A stretch of DNA of 64,000 nt, from assembly GCA_022605425.2 (NCBI GenBank), contig CM061250.1:186001-250000 (forward strand), given 5' to 3'. Position 1 is the stretch's first letter, and each line of letters opens with the position of its first letter. The notes beneath the pieces were generated by a model. It worked only from the letters and a program-made list of their open reading frames with translations, had not been told where the DNA came from and made no database searches. Below, in pieces: positions 34,812 to 46,915 of the stretch. A program made the translations under genes and the position numbers. Origin of the DNA: Hamiltosporidium tvaerminnensis FI-OER-3-3 (lineage: Eukaryota > Fungi > Microsporidia).

Positions 34812-37313
34812 ATGTCTTTAAATGCACTAAATATTGCAGAAAAACCAAGTGTTGCAAAATCAATATCCTTTACATTTTGTTCTTCAGCAAAAAATATTAA
34901 ATCCAGACATCCAACCTATGTATTTCCATATTCATCATATAACATGACATTTACTTCGGTGCTTGGCCATCTTTTTACTTTAGATTTTGGAAATGCTCCT
35001 TGGTCCGTTGATCCATTTATTTTATTCTCTGCTCCCATAATTCAAAAACCGATGCATTCAAATCTTCTTTCGCACATAAAACAACAATTACATTCAAAAG
35101 ATTTAGTAATTATTTGGACAGATTGTGATAGAGAAGGAGAAAATATAGCGGATCAAATACAAAAATTTATAAAAGAACAAAACCAAACAATTCCTATACA
35201 TCGTGCTAGATTTTCTTCTATCGATTCTGCAACTCTTAATTATGCTATTTCGAATTTGACAATAATAAATCAGAATGAATCAAATGCTGTCAATACACGA
35301 CAAGAACTTGATTTACGTATTGGTGCAGCGTTTACCCGATTTCAAACACTCGCTATAAATAGTAAAAGTGTTATTAGTTATGGCCCTTGTCAAATTCCTA
35401 CTCTTGGTCTGGTTGTCGAACGAGGAAATCATATTAAAAATTTTGTACCAGAAAATCAACAAGAAATTCTCATAAAAATTGAAAATAATTCTTCAAACAA
35501 AAAAAGCGAATATTTATTTGGTTGGAAGAAAAATAATATTTATGATAAATCATTTTCTAAGCTTATTTATAAATATTTTTTAAAATATCCATTTATAATA
35601 CAAAATACTATTTCTACACCTAAAACACGTTTAAGACCGTTGCCAACAAGGACAGTCGATATGATAAAAGCACTTACATCTTATCTTAAACTACCTTCAC
35701 ATAAAATTATGGAAATGGCTGAAAGTATGTATACAAGGGGATACATTTCATATCCAAGAACAGAAACCGATTCATTTCCATCAAATTTCAATTATAAAGA
35801 AATTTTAAGTGAATTGGAATGTGAAGGAGAATATAAAAATTATATTTGTAAAACGTTTTGTCAGGATAATAATTCTAAAATTAAATATGCGATAGGAAAC
35901 ACTGCTAAAAATTATTCATTTAAATATCCTAGACCTGGTAAAAATAGTGATATGGCACATCTTCCTATATATCCACTCAAGGCATCAAATGGTCTTTCTG
36001 GTAGTGAAAAAGCGATTTACGATTTTATTAGTCGTAGATTTTTAGCTTGTATTAGTGAAAATGCTACTGGAACAGAAAAAATTATTTATGGAAAAGTGGA
36101 TGAAGAAATATTTACGTGTAGAGGTTTAGAAGTACTAACGAGAGGATATCTTGATATTTATAAGTATGAAAATTGGGAATCTAATATTAAAGAAGAAATA
36201 AAAGAAGGCACTCAATACATTTTATTTGGTAATGAAATTAATAATCATTCAGAAGTAATCAATATAATTATAAAAAATAAAACTTCTCAAAAAAAAGCAG
36301 AATTAATTTTAAGAAAATCTTTGACAAAACCACCTGACTATTTAACGGAAGCAGAATTGATATCACTTATGGATAAAAATGGAATAGGAACGGATGCAAC
36401 AATACATGAACATATAAAAAAAATAATAACACGTTTATATGCTAAAAAGTTTAATAATAAAATAATTCCATTGGATTTAGGAAATAGATTGATTCAATTT
36501 TATGAAGAAATGAAATTAAGCGTAGGTAAATGTCATTTAAGAAGTGAAATGGAAAAAAAGCTGGTAAAAATTTGTAAAGGAGAAATAAGAGATTCTGATG
36601 TTCTTAAAGAAGAAATAGAAAAACACATAAAAATTTATAAAATATTAGAAAATGGGAAAGATAAATTCAAATCTATAATTAATAATTTTAATTCTAATAA
36701 TAAAGATGACGGTGATGATAACGATTCAGGAAGTGGCTATGGAAAAGAAATAGAAAACAAAAATGATTTTTCATATTTCAATAGAAACAACGAAAACACA
36801 ACAAATAATGGAAGTAAAGAAAATTACAATGTAAATTTTAAGAATAGAAATGAAAAAACAAGATTATCAAATTTTAATAACGAAAATGAAAAAAACACAA
36901 AAAAATATTTGAATATTAGGGATAATAACGATGATGAGAATGGGGTTTTATGCCATTGTGGAATTATATGTAAAATTTCAAAGGTAAAAAAGGGTAAAAA
37001 TGTTGATAAAGATTTTTTTTCATGTGAAAAATGGCCCAATGGCTGTGATTTTTTTCAATGGTGCGATGATAAATCAGATGAAACTAAACGAAAAAAAGTA
37101 CAGAAGAATTCATACCAACAAAAATATTCTTCTAATTCTAAAAATACTGAATATACGAATACACATAAAAGTAAAACTGATGTTTTATGTCATTGTGGAT
37201 ACGAAACAAAATCAGTCAAAGCCAAAACAAAACAAAATTCTGGAAGAGAATTTCTATGCTGTAAAAAATTACATAAACCATGTAAATTTTTTGCCTGGAA
37301 AGATGAACTTTAA
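34812..37313 (+). CDS. TOP3: DNA topoisomerase III (type IA) with two C-terminal GRF-type zinc fingers
   Basis: AEKPSVAK, WTDCDREGENIA, ELDLRIGAAFTRFQT, SYGPCQIPTLG, catalytic GYISYPRTET, GIGTDAT and two CHCG...F..C...C.FF.W fingers. The ORF opens at 34773, but the Met at 34812 has the CCC motif upstream. Confidence 0.95.
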   Translation: MSLNALNIAEKPSVAKSISFTFCSSAKNIKSRHPTYVFPYSSYNMTFTSVLGHLFTLDFGNAPWSVDPFILFSAPIIQKPMHSNLLSHIKQQLHSKDLVIIWTDCDREGENIADQIQKFIKEQNQTIPIHRARFSSIDSATLNYAISNLTIINQNESNAVNTRQELDLRIGAAFTRFQTLAINSKSVISYGPCQIPTLGLVVERGNHIKNFVPENQQEILIKIENNSSNKKSEYLFGWKKNNIYDKSFSKLIYKYFLKYPFIIQNTISTPKTRLRPLPTRTVDMIKALTSYLKLPSHKIMEMAESMYTRGYISYPRTETDSFPSNFNYKEILSELECEGEYKNYICKTFCQDNNSKIKYAIGNTAKNYSFKYPRPGKNSDMAHLPIYPLKASNGLSGSEKAIYDFISRRFLACISENATGTEKIIYGKVDEEIFTCRGLEVLTRGYLDIYKYENWESNIKEEIKEGTQYILFGNEINNHSEVINIIIKNKTSQKKAELILRKSLTKPPDYLTEAELISLMDKNGIGTDATIHEHIKKIITRLYAKKFNNKIIPLDLGNRLIQFYEEMKLSVGKCHLRSEMEKKLVKICKGEIRDSDVLKEEIEKHIKIYKILENGKDKFKSIINNFNSNNKDDGDDNDSGSGYGKEIENKNDFSYFNRNNENTTNNGSKENYNVNFKNRNEKTRLSNFNNENEKNTKKYLNIRDNNDDENGVLCHCGIICKISKVKKGKNVDKDFFSCEKWPNGCDFFQWCDDKSDETKRKKVQKNSYQQKYSSNSKNTEYTNTHKSKTDVLCHCGYETKSVKAKTKQNSGREFLCCKKLHKPCKFFAWKDEL

Positions 37314-37470
37314 TCTTTGTTCAAAAACTACATTTTACTTTCATTTTATAGGTAAGAATTTATATAAATTTTTTAATCCTTTAATCTTTGTTTAAAAACT
37401 ACATTTTACTTTTATTTTATAGCTAAGAATTTATATAAATTTTCTGATCATTTAATCTTTGTTTAAAAAT
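37309..37470. repeat. 71-bp tandem repeat beginning at the TOP3 stop codon
   Basis: tttaatctttgtt(c/t)aaaaa recurs at about 37309, 37380 and 37451. Confidence 0.85.
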
Positions 37471-39413
37471 TTAATGGTTCATTTGATTCTCACTGTAATT
37501 TTTAAAGTGTAAATAATTATTTTTTTATAAAAGTATTTACAAAATACGCTATTATCAATTATATTTAAACTAAAATATTCCATAAATTATTAGTAATTTT
37601 TAAATTAAACTTGTTTTTCCTATTTCTTTTATCTTTAAAAACATAAAGAATGTTTTAGAGAAATATCTATGAAAATTTTGGCTGTTATAGTATATTTAAA
37701 ATCATATTAAAGTTGCAAGAGTATATATACTAGTTATTTTAGTGGTACTGCGAAGCAAAAAATCCGAAAAATACCCGAAAAGTCTCACATATACATATTT
37801 TTTTAGTTAAAAAATACACACGCCGCGTAGAAAAACACCAATGCTTAAAAAATGTAGTCATCATGATACATACATCAGTATTTTATTAAAAAAGTCTCTA
37901 TTGCTAAACCTTCGACAAAATTTTCAACCCTATTCAATTGATCGAAAGTAAAAAACTAGTTTAATGTACTTAAATATACTCAAGTCTATTAAAACTCACT
38001 CAAACATAAAATAAGGCAACACTTTTTCATCATTAAATATAAAATTTATAAAATGTCAAAATAAACTACAATAGTTTTCGAAGTAATATATAATAAAATT
38101 CAGATCTTATATTATTCTTGAGGTATTAAAAACCTTAGTAATAAATTAGATTAAAATATTATTCTGGCGAGATAAACCGATTAGAACATGAAATCACTTA
38201 TATTACACGTTTCCTTGTTTTTTTATTTGAAACCAACTTACAAATAATACACAAAGAGCATTATTTACAATTACAGTAAAGAAATGTTGGAAACTAAAAC
38301 AGAAAAGGAGATGTTCCAAGTAAAAAAGCGCAAATATATTATGTAATAACGAAATTATATATCAATGTTAAAAATATTGACAAATATGCATATTAAAAAT
38401 TAGCAGATAAATTTCAAAAGTCATAAATATACTGCAAGTTACTCTGTTATGTTATCAAAAGGTAAAGCAAATCAAATCAGATTGTTCAAAATATAGGTAA
38501 AGAAATATTATTTAACTACCATCCTAGTGATTTTAAAATAAAAATAAAGCGATAAGATAAACCTATCGATTCTGGAAAAGAAAAGTTAAAAAATCTAAAT
38601 AAAAATCAAAAGTTTTTTTTTGGAATTAAACAAATCAAAAGATTTAATTGGTCATATTTGATATTTGAAATTAAATTTTTAGGTTTCTAAAACTTATAAT
38701 GCATAAAATAGAAAACCGCTATGAAAAATATTTGCATTTTTGATCAATTTGAATCTTAATGATATCTTTGGGCAATCAGATTTATTAAATCAAAACACTT
38801 AGCTCGTCATAATAAAATTTTGAGCTTATAATTTGTCTTACTAAAGTGTGAAGATCTAAACCAATATGAAGATTATTTTATAATATTTGTACCAAATTAT
38901 TTAAGATCAGGTTTTTAGATTTTATATGTTTCTAAATAGTATTGATTTACTTAGAAAAGGAATATCGCCGAATTTGTGGTGTTTAACATTTTTCAAAATT
39001 TCTAAGTTATTTTCATAAATATCTATTTATAGATAAAAGTAATTTGTTTAGAAAAATGATTTTGTATGATTAGGTTTTCAACTTAACTATATATTTTATT
39101 TCTGAATGCATAGCATGAAATCCTTAAAGATCAATCAGCTGTATGTTAAATTTCTATAAAAGGTCATATATAAGAATCAGAATTGGCTTAATATGGTAAA
39201 TAAAAGAATAGAGTTCTTACTGAAAGCAAAGCAAGAATATTAAAAGCTCTTGAAAAGACTAAAGAGCATATTTTGAATGTGCTATTAATAAAGAGTATGG
39301 AAACGCTTTGAATGTGTAATTGAGTAAGATTTTTCGATTAGTATTTATATATTTATATAAAAATTTAACTACGTAAATTATTCCAATCAAATACAGAAAT
39401 ATCTTTTATTAAT

Positions 39414-39749
39414 AATCATTTATACAATTCAGTAATGTTTCGACGACGACGACTCGCCTCAAAATGTAGAATTGGTTAAAAGACTATAAGACACCAATCA
39501 TTTATATAATTCAGTAATGTCACTACGATAGCAACAACTCACCTCGAAATGTGAAATTGGTTAAAAGACTATAAGACACCAATCATTTATATAATTCAGT
39601 AATGTTTCGAAGGCGACGACTCGCCTCAAAATGTTTAATTGGTTAAAAAAATATAAGACACCAATCATTTATATAATTCAGTAATGTCACTACGATAGCA
39701 ACGACTCCCCTCGAAATGTGAATTAGTTAAAAGACTATAAGACACTAAT
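39414..39749. repeat. ABAB higher-order tandem repeat (82/85/82/84-bp monomers)
   Basis: Constant part aattggttaaaagactataagacaccaatcatttatataattcagtaatg with two alternating variable segments. Confidence 0.92.
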
Positions 39750-40993
39750 AAGAATCCTCTAATTAAGATATGTCTCTTTCTATTTTTTTCATAAAACTTA
39801 CATAACCAATAATAGTGAGTAGAACTGAACATAAAACAGTTAAAAAGATTCTATTGGTTAAAAAAAAATTGAAATAAAATTGTAAATTTTCTTCTAAATT
39901 GTATTATTTGTCAAGAATAACATAATAAATTTGTTTTTATGATTTTACTTAAGTTTTCATTTTTGAAAAAATGTAAATCAATTTGTTCTGATTTCTTTTC
40001 TACGAATTTACAGTTACGTAAAAAATTTTATGATATAATTGATGCTTTCTACCAGTATTATGTGTAATAAATATATTTTATTTATATTCTCAATAATAAT
40101 TGCACAAAACAAATATTGCCTGAATAGCTTTATGTAACTTTGTACTTGATTAAATCAACTGATTTTTAATTAAAATCTATATGAATTTATGAATAAATAA
40201 ATCAAACAATACAGTATATCCTTAAAAAGAGCATTTGTTTCGGATTAAAAACACTTTACAATAATAAATTTCTTGGAGAAAAGCACAGAATTGAATGAAA
40301 ATAGGTGGAAGAGGAAAAGACGAAACATAAACTGCAGAGCTAAGCCCCGAAAACTTGAAAGTAAATAAAATAGAAGAAGAAGAATATGCCAATTGAAAAA
40401 TATTATAAAATTTCTTGAGAAATTTCTTAAGAAAGGCAAATAATCTAAAAATGAAGGACTGAAAAATATACGAGCTCAGACTAGGTGCAAACATGAAATT
40501 TTTATTGAAAATATAAAAAAACTATAGCTCATATAGTGAAGTTCAGGATTATTTTCGGGATTTTTTTTCTTAAGAATGTAAAAGAAAGTTCGTTTATACG
40601 AGCTTAACGACTTGTTATTTTATAATTCAGAGCAAATCAGCTTAAATATTTATGATATATTTAGAAAGGATTAGTTGTTTCAATTTGAATTAGCAATCAA
40701 TACAATGTACAGTTTGACATTTAGGTCTCTAATATTAATTTTTATGTCTTAGATTATGGAATATCTTTGATTTGTCTTTTATATTTGGTAAAGTTTTTTT
40801 TTTTAAATTCTTCTGTATTTTCATCTGAGCATGCCTATTAAACACCTTAATAATTAAAAAAACATTTTTATTCAATTGAATAAATTCGTTTTAAATTTTT
40901 TTCATAAACCAAGATCTAACAGATTTAAAATTTTAAATATAAAAAGGTATTTAAAATGTTGATCGTATTTCCACGAAAGAGTATTCTATAATC

Positions 40994-41209
40994 TTTTTTT
41001 TGGCTCATTCCTTTACCTACGAATAGATCACAATCCAACAAGTTAATCAAAGCTCCGCCAAGTTTTAGGCGTTTCTTAGATTTTTTTTTTATGGTTAAGT
41101 TATCAGTCTAACTCAAACTTTGTTGTGCGAAATATTAAGAGTGCACCAACCTGTATCGTACCAGGCTCGTCAGAATTAAATTCTGATATCCTCACTTGAT
41201 AATTGCCGC
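40994..41209 (-). mobile_element. tRNA-derived SINE-like element, copy B
   Basis: Aligns over head and body with 3399-3628 (gagtgcac.aacc, taaattct.atatcctca, cacaatc.aac, taggcgtt) and ends in an A8 tail. Confidence 0.65.
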
Positions 41210-41882
41210 ATTTTATATTCATAGTTTTAAAAACTTCGATTTTTTTCTTTTAGTTATTGTCTTATGTATATTTTTATTATTCTAAATTTCGATGTTAAGT
41301 TGAAATTGGCATACGTGTAATTTGGCTCGTTAGATTAATTGTTTTAATATAAAGATATGTTTTTTTCGTGAATATTTTTTTATTATTTTTTTTTCGTTTC
41401 TCCTCAATTTGAAGTATAAAACTGTTGCATGTGTAGAAATATTCTCTGTTATATTTTTGGGCTTCTAATTTCGGAATAGAGAAAAGAAACCACAGGCTCT
41501 AATGTACATCATGGCCTGCATATGTTTAAAAAAACGTAACTAAAATGTCTCTGTGTCGAGTACAAGTGATTCTATATTTCTTTTTTGTTAAACATTTATT
41601 TTAATCAACGATAAAGTACAATGTATATTTTTTTCTTGATAAAGATTCACAGAAATTATCTCAGAATAGTACAAATATACTTTTATTATTTATATTGCAA
41701 GCTTAAATTAAATTCGAATGTTTATTTATATTTAAGAATTAATCTATATATATTTTATAAAAATTTTAATGAATATATCGGAAAGTAATACGGTTTCAAA
41801 GTAAACATGATATTTGCATAAAAATTAAAAGTATTACTAGATTTATATTCTAACTAATTTTAATTTTACATTAATATTGAAG

Positions 41883-42555
41883 TGGAGGGAGGATAACCAC
41901 ATAAAAAACTTTCTGCTTGGCAATGAGTATGTGAAACTAGTGTGAGGATCATTTTTTAAATTTTTGGTGAAAATAAAACTGCACCACCTCTTCGGTTGTT
42001 CCATGAGAGTTTGTTTGAGGAGGAGAGGTCTACAAAATGGCGAAACTTTTTCTACAAATTGATTTGTAGTTTTTTATGTAACCAGATTGCAGACCGAAGC
42101 TGAATATGTAGGTAATTACCATGTAAAAGCATGGAAACCTAGCCTTGCTCACTCGCGTTAGAAGACGTAGCGTCTGAGAGATATACAAATAAAAACGATT
42201 AAAAGCCGGGAGAGCTAAGTAGCAGGTTATACCTGTTGGTATGACATTGCACTATCTAGGTAGACCCCATGTAAGTCTCTGAAATATATCTTAGCTAGAA
42301 GTTATGGGGTTCAGAAAGTGTAGAGTAGGTGGGAATAGTACATAGTCTTAGGGGAGCCCATGGGAAGGGGCTTAGATCATACTCTATGCAACGAATATTA
42401 ACAAACTCCGGGCAATTACATCGCCTATTAATTGGGTTCCACACACCTGATAAATGAAAGCCTTTGGAATTTAGGTATCGCAGGGGTTACCGATGGAGTG
42501 TTGGGGTAGCAGTTATTTATGTTGAACTTATAAGTGCTTTAATTTCATAAAAAAA
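41883..42555 (+). mobile_element. ~720-bp structured non-coding dispersed element, copy 3
   Basis: Starts TGGAGGGAGGATAACC and is collinear with copies 2, 4 and 5. The 3' end is eroded. Confidence 0.93.
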
Positions 42556-42975
42556 TCCAAAACTGCTAATTTCTTAAAAAGTTGAAGTATATATTAAGTA
42601 AATAGCTATTATTTTCTAATAATATTTTAAAAAATAGAGCATTACAGAAAAAATAATTAATTTTTCTAATAGGTATTCTATCTTAAGATGTTTTTTGATT
42701 CGTATATATTTTAATTCTATAAAACAAATCAAATTAATTTCCTTCAAATCAAATATTTTGATGTTCGAACTTGTAATAGTGTAATTTTGATGAATTTAAT
42801 ATTTTTTTAATCAAATTTATTGGCAATTTATAATTTTTAAAGAAAACTTTAATTGAATTACTATATAAAATGCTATAAACATGACATATATTGATGATAT
42901 TGTAAATATACTTGTTATTACATAATTTTTAAAATGTAAGAATTAAAAATATGTAAATAGAACTAAATTTAATAT

Positions 42976-44568
42976 TTAAATCATTTCAACTTTCTTAAGA
43001 ATTTCAATTACTTCGTTTATATCGATAATTTTAAATATATTATTTTTATCTGGCAAACTAGGAATTTGCCTTTGAATTTCATTTATAGGATCTTTAGAAT
43101 AGATACGCATATCCAAGAAATCAAAGCTTTCCAATACTGCTTTATATCTCTTATAAGAAATTGTTGGGCTATCAAGTTCAGAATAATTATCGAGTGTGTA
43201 TGCTCTACTAGCGCATCGTTTTGAATCTGAAAACTTTTCAGATTTACCATAACACCAACAATCTAGAAGTTCACTTGTAAGGTATCTTTCCAGTATTTCT
43301 CTAAAATTCGATCCCCATTTGTTTTCAAAAGAAATTACGTTTTTGTATAAAATATCACTTTTTGTGATTCTTTCAAAAACGCTATCATTTTTTCCTGCCA
43401 TATTAAGTAAATTAAAATATTCATAACTGACAATACGACAATCCGGGAATCTTTCAAGAGCCAAATTAAAAATACCTTGACTTATTTCTAAATTTTGTGT
43501 TGTATAATATTCCGTGAGTCCAGCAAAAATATACGTATAAGGGCCTAAATTTTTGTCTTTTAACGAATTAAAAAGTTTTCTGAACGCTGTAATTCCGTTA
43601 TTTCGAACAACAAAAGATAAATAGTGAATGACAATTAAATCAAAATTGTTATTATAATATATTGGCTTATTTAACATAATAGAACCATTTTTAAAATTTC
43701 GTGATTGATTTTCTTTATTAATGTTGAATTCATTTGAATATTCTGCAATTAAGTTTTGATAAATGTTTGGAACATCTATTGTTGTTATTTTACTGTAATA
43801 AAGATATAAAAATATACTTTTTTTATTTTCATGTATTCCTTTAAAAATAATTTTACTTGCTTCATCAGTTTTATTTTTGGAAATCAAATATTCGGAATAT
43901 AAAAAATATGGTTGATCGGTATAATAAAATCGATCAATCATTACGTTAAAAAACATGTCTAAACGTTGGTCTAGTTCTGTAGATGGTAAATTCAAAGGGT
44001 TTTTAAGTTCAAAATCCGTTAGCTGAAATAAAATTTGTAAATTTATATTTTGTATTTTGTGCTCTTCAAAATCGATTATCGATGAAAGAATGGTATATTG
44101 GCGATGTGCATGTTGATAAAGAGGAAGAATATCAGATACGAGTTTTTTTGCAGTTAACTTGTTTAAACCATTTTCATATTCCTCGTAGTCCTTAAAAAGT
44201 GTATTTAATTCGGAATGTGGAACAATTAGCGCATTCTTAAATGCTGTACGAACTTTTAGAGGATTATTTTTTTGCAAATACTCTATATAATTTTTATGAA
44301 GATCTTGAGAATAATAATGATTAGAAAAACGAGACAATGCATATTCATAAACAGCAGAAAGATCAATTTCTCTTTTATTTGATTTTACAAGATATTCCGT
44401 ATATTTTATATATAAATAAATTATATCTATATTATAATTATTTGGAAGATATTTTAAAAATAAAGACTCGAGTAATGTAAAATTTGAAGAGGAAAACAGA
44501 TGGTTAAAATAAGAAAGCTGCAATGCTGTATTATTAGGATCTTGAGATAATAGATGTTCGTAATCCAT
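42976..44568 (-). CDS. RNA14: Rna14/CstF-77 (Suf) HAT-repeat mRNA 3'-processing factor
   Basis: HAT repeats (YEEYENGLNKLTAKKL, FELKNPL, GITAFRKLF, IFNLALERFPD, ISFENKWG). Start context acccttcaaaccATG. Confidence 0.88.
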   Translation of the reverse strand: MDYEHLLSQDPNNTALQLSYFNHLFSSSNFTLLESLFLKYLPNNYNIDIIYLYIKYTEYLVKSNKREIDLSAVYEYALSRFSNHYYSQDLHKNYIEYLQKNNPLKVRTAFKNALIVPHSELNTLFKDYEEYENGLNKLTAKKLVSDILPLYQHAHRQYTILSSIIDFEEHKIQNINLQILFQLTDFELKNPLNLPSTELDQRLDMFFNVMIDRFYYTDQPYFLYSEYLISKNKTDEASKIIFKGIHENKKSIFLYLYYSKITTIDVPNIYQNLIAEYSNEFNINKENQSRNFKNGSIMLNKPIYYNNNFDLIVIHYLSFVVRNNGITAFRKLFNSLKDKNLGPYTYIFAGLTEYYTTQNLEISQGIFNLALERFPDCRIVSYEYFNLLNMAGKNDSVFERITKSDILYKNVISFENKWGSNFREILERYLTSELLDCWCYGKSEKFSDSKRCASRAYTLDNYSELDSPTISYKRYKAVLESFDFLDMRIYSKDPINEIQRQIPSLPDKNNIFKIIDINEVIEILKKVEMI

Positions 44569-44899
44569 GGTTTGAAGGGTGAAAAATATTTCGATAAAAA
44601 TAAATTAACAACACTTTTGAAATGGCTTGTCTGTTTTTTTAAAAAAAAGAATAAAAAAAACGAATTGTAAGCAAATTTTATTAATTTATTGAATCTGAAA
44701 ATAATCCGAATAATTTTCGTATTCAATTCCTATGTTATAAATAAATTCAGTAGGACATAATTCTATAGAATATAAAGATTATAGTAAATATTTCTATTTT
44801 TTTTAGTTTAAATCTATAAAAACATTTTCGTAGCTTTTAAAATTTTTTTTCTAATACTTTAATGACTTTTTTTTGTCTTAAAAATCCTAATCTTCACTT

Positions 44900-46200
44900 G
44901 TGTTTTTTCTTGGTTCTTCAGTGTGGCCACTTCATCATAAATAGTAATTTTGTTATTTTTTTTGTTTTTATCTGTTTAACACAATCTTCTTTATCTCTTA
45001 ATTCTCTTAAAAATAATTTTGTTGTCAATGTCTTCCTGATTCTTAGATACTCTCGTCGATACTCTCTATAGTATTGCCCATAACACAAATCCTTTTCTTA
45101 TATCAAAATAAATAGTTTTAATTTTTTATCTGCTATTAAGTATATATATTTCTCTGCCTTAATAGGTATTTAAAATATTTTTTTATACGTCTTATGGTAT
45201 TACTTCTACATACCGATACAAGTTAAAATATAAAAGATTTTTTTAACATTGAAGTGATATTAAAACTCAACTGGTTTTTGTTAGGTTATGGTTTTCAAAT
45301 TTTCTGTTTCAATTATTTTAAAAGAACTTTATTTATCGATTCTAAGCAATGAGCGTTTTATTATTTTTATATATTTCTCTAATAAATATATCAGGTCTAA
45401 TATTACGAATTTTGGCATGAGTTTGAATCCTGATTTTCACTTTATTTCCATATATTGATGATTAAGAATTGCTTAAACCGAGTTACTCCCAGTTCCTTTA
45501 ATATAGTTTACTTGCCTATTCTAGAAGAAGCAATTTTATCTATTCAAATGCTATTAAAAGTCGTCGGATGTAGCCATGCCTATGATTTCTTAAATTAAAT
45601 TAATAATTCACTCCATTTTACTAGCTTATATATGTTTTGACACATTCTTTACGCATACGAGAACATATTTCTATCCTGGATATATCAGAGAATCTCTTCA
45701 TATATGCTAAACATTCTCCTTTATTTAGTCATTTTAAAGGCTTAGTATTAGATAGAAACTCGTTTCTCGAGGTTTGTATACCTTCGAATCAATTTTTAGT
45801 TTTTCTATTTCGTTATATATTTTCATTTGTTAAATTCTTCTTTCAATCTTTATTTTAGGTTTGAAAAGCCTTATATTAATGCTGATTGCTTAGCAAGTAT
45901 TTATATTCCGAATATTTTTATCTTTTTAGTTTTAATTTGTTTAAATTACACCAGACAATTCAATGGCGCCATAATAAAGTGTTCACATCACAAGTGACAC
46001 TATCTTAGTCTCTTTCAAGTTTTGATCTAAGAGTATAAATGTTTTCAAAATTTTAGGCAAATATGTTCCTTATATTCACCAGTATCTCATTCAACGTACC
46101 ACTAGGCTTAGATAAGTCAGTTAATAACGTCGAAATACGCATGGATGATATTCGGTTCATGATATTGCATTTTAATTGATTTCAATAAATCTTTTTTTTG
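44900..46200 (-). mobile_element. Heavily decayed RLE-type (R4-like) non-LTR retrotransposon
   Basis: Remnant IQTHAKIRNIRPDIFI (RLE PD motif). Shares tatatccaggatagaaat with the 63571+ copy and taccataagacgtat with the 4243+ copy. Ends approximate. Confidence 0.65.
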
Positions 46201-46564
46201 GTATTTGATCCAATAGAATAATACCTTTCAATTCTTGGTATAAATTTGCTTTGTATTTATTTGTATGAGCTACGTTTCAGATTACATTTACTATTTTTTT
46301 TTATTTCCAAATATTTTAAACATCAAAAACTTTTTAGAAGATCAGAAGTATTTTTCCAAAAAGTATCATTATGGGCAAATAAATTCCAAAAACCAAATTA
46401 AGTTGTTTTATTTGCAATTTATCAAAATATCCCGTAATATCACTGTTTTTACAATCTATAAATATGATTTTTTTTAATTTTAAAAAACTAAATTACTTCC
46501 ACCTATTTTTCTCGGTATAAATAAAAAAAAAATTAAAAAATTATACAAAAATACAAATATTTTA

Positions 46565-46915
46565 TTACTCATCATAGAAAGAAGACATAATACTATATAA
46601 ATTACATACAGTTTCATATTTTCTATTTCTATTTTCAATATTTGCTTCAATTTTACGAACTTTACAAATTGTTTCTTTTAAAGCATTTTCAAATTCATTT
46701 TTTGATATCAAATGTCGTTTACAATATTTATTCTTTCCACCTTTTACATCACAAACGAAATAAATAAACGCATATTTATATATTTCAACCATATGATCAT
46801 TAAAATATTTTAGTTTTGAAATATGTGACTCATAAAAACCATCAAATTCTTTTTTTATTATTTTATAATCTTTGATATACATTTCACATAATTTTTCTAA
46901 AATATCGTTTTTCAT
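46565..46915 (-). CDS. Small hypothetical protein, 116 aa
   Basis: Clean ATG ORF with a CCC motif (ccctgttcaATG), divergent from RPL35A. No confident family. Confidence 0.65.
   Translation of the reverse strand: MKNDILEKLCEMYIKDYKIIKKEFDGFYESHISKLKYFNDHMVEIYKYAFIYFVCDVKGGKNKYCKRHLISKNEFENALKETICKVRKIEANIENRNRKYETVCNLYSIMSSFYDE

Noticed and set aside
458-37313. Functional cluster of chromosome-maintenance genes (CAC1, CTF4, ORC4, MAD1, TOP3)
   Set aside because: The genes are spread over 37 kb and interleaved with unrelated ones. Core genes dominate reduced proteomes, so chance is sufficient.
39414-39749. CRISPR array
   Set aside because: The spacers alternate and are homologous to each other, no cas genes are present, and the context is eukaryotic.
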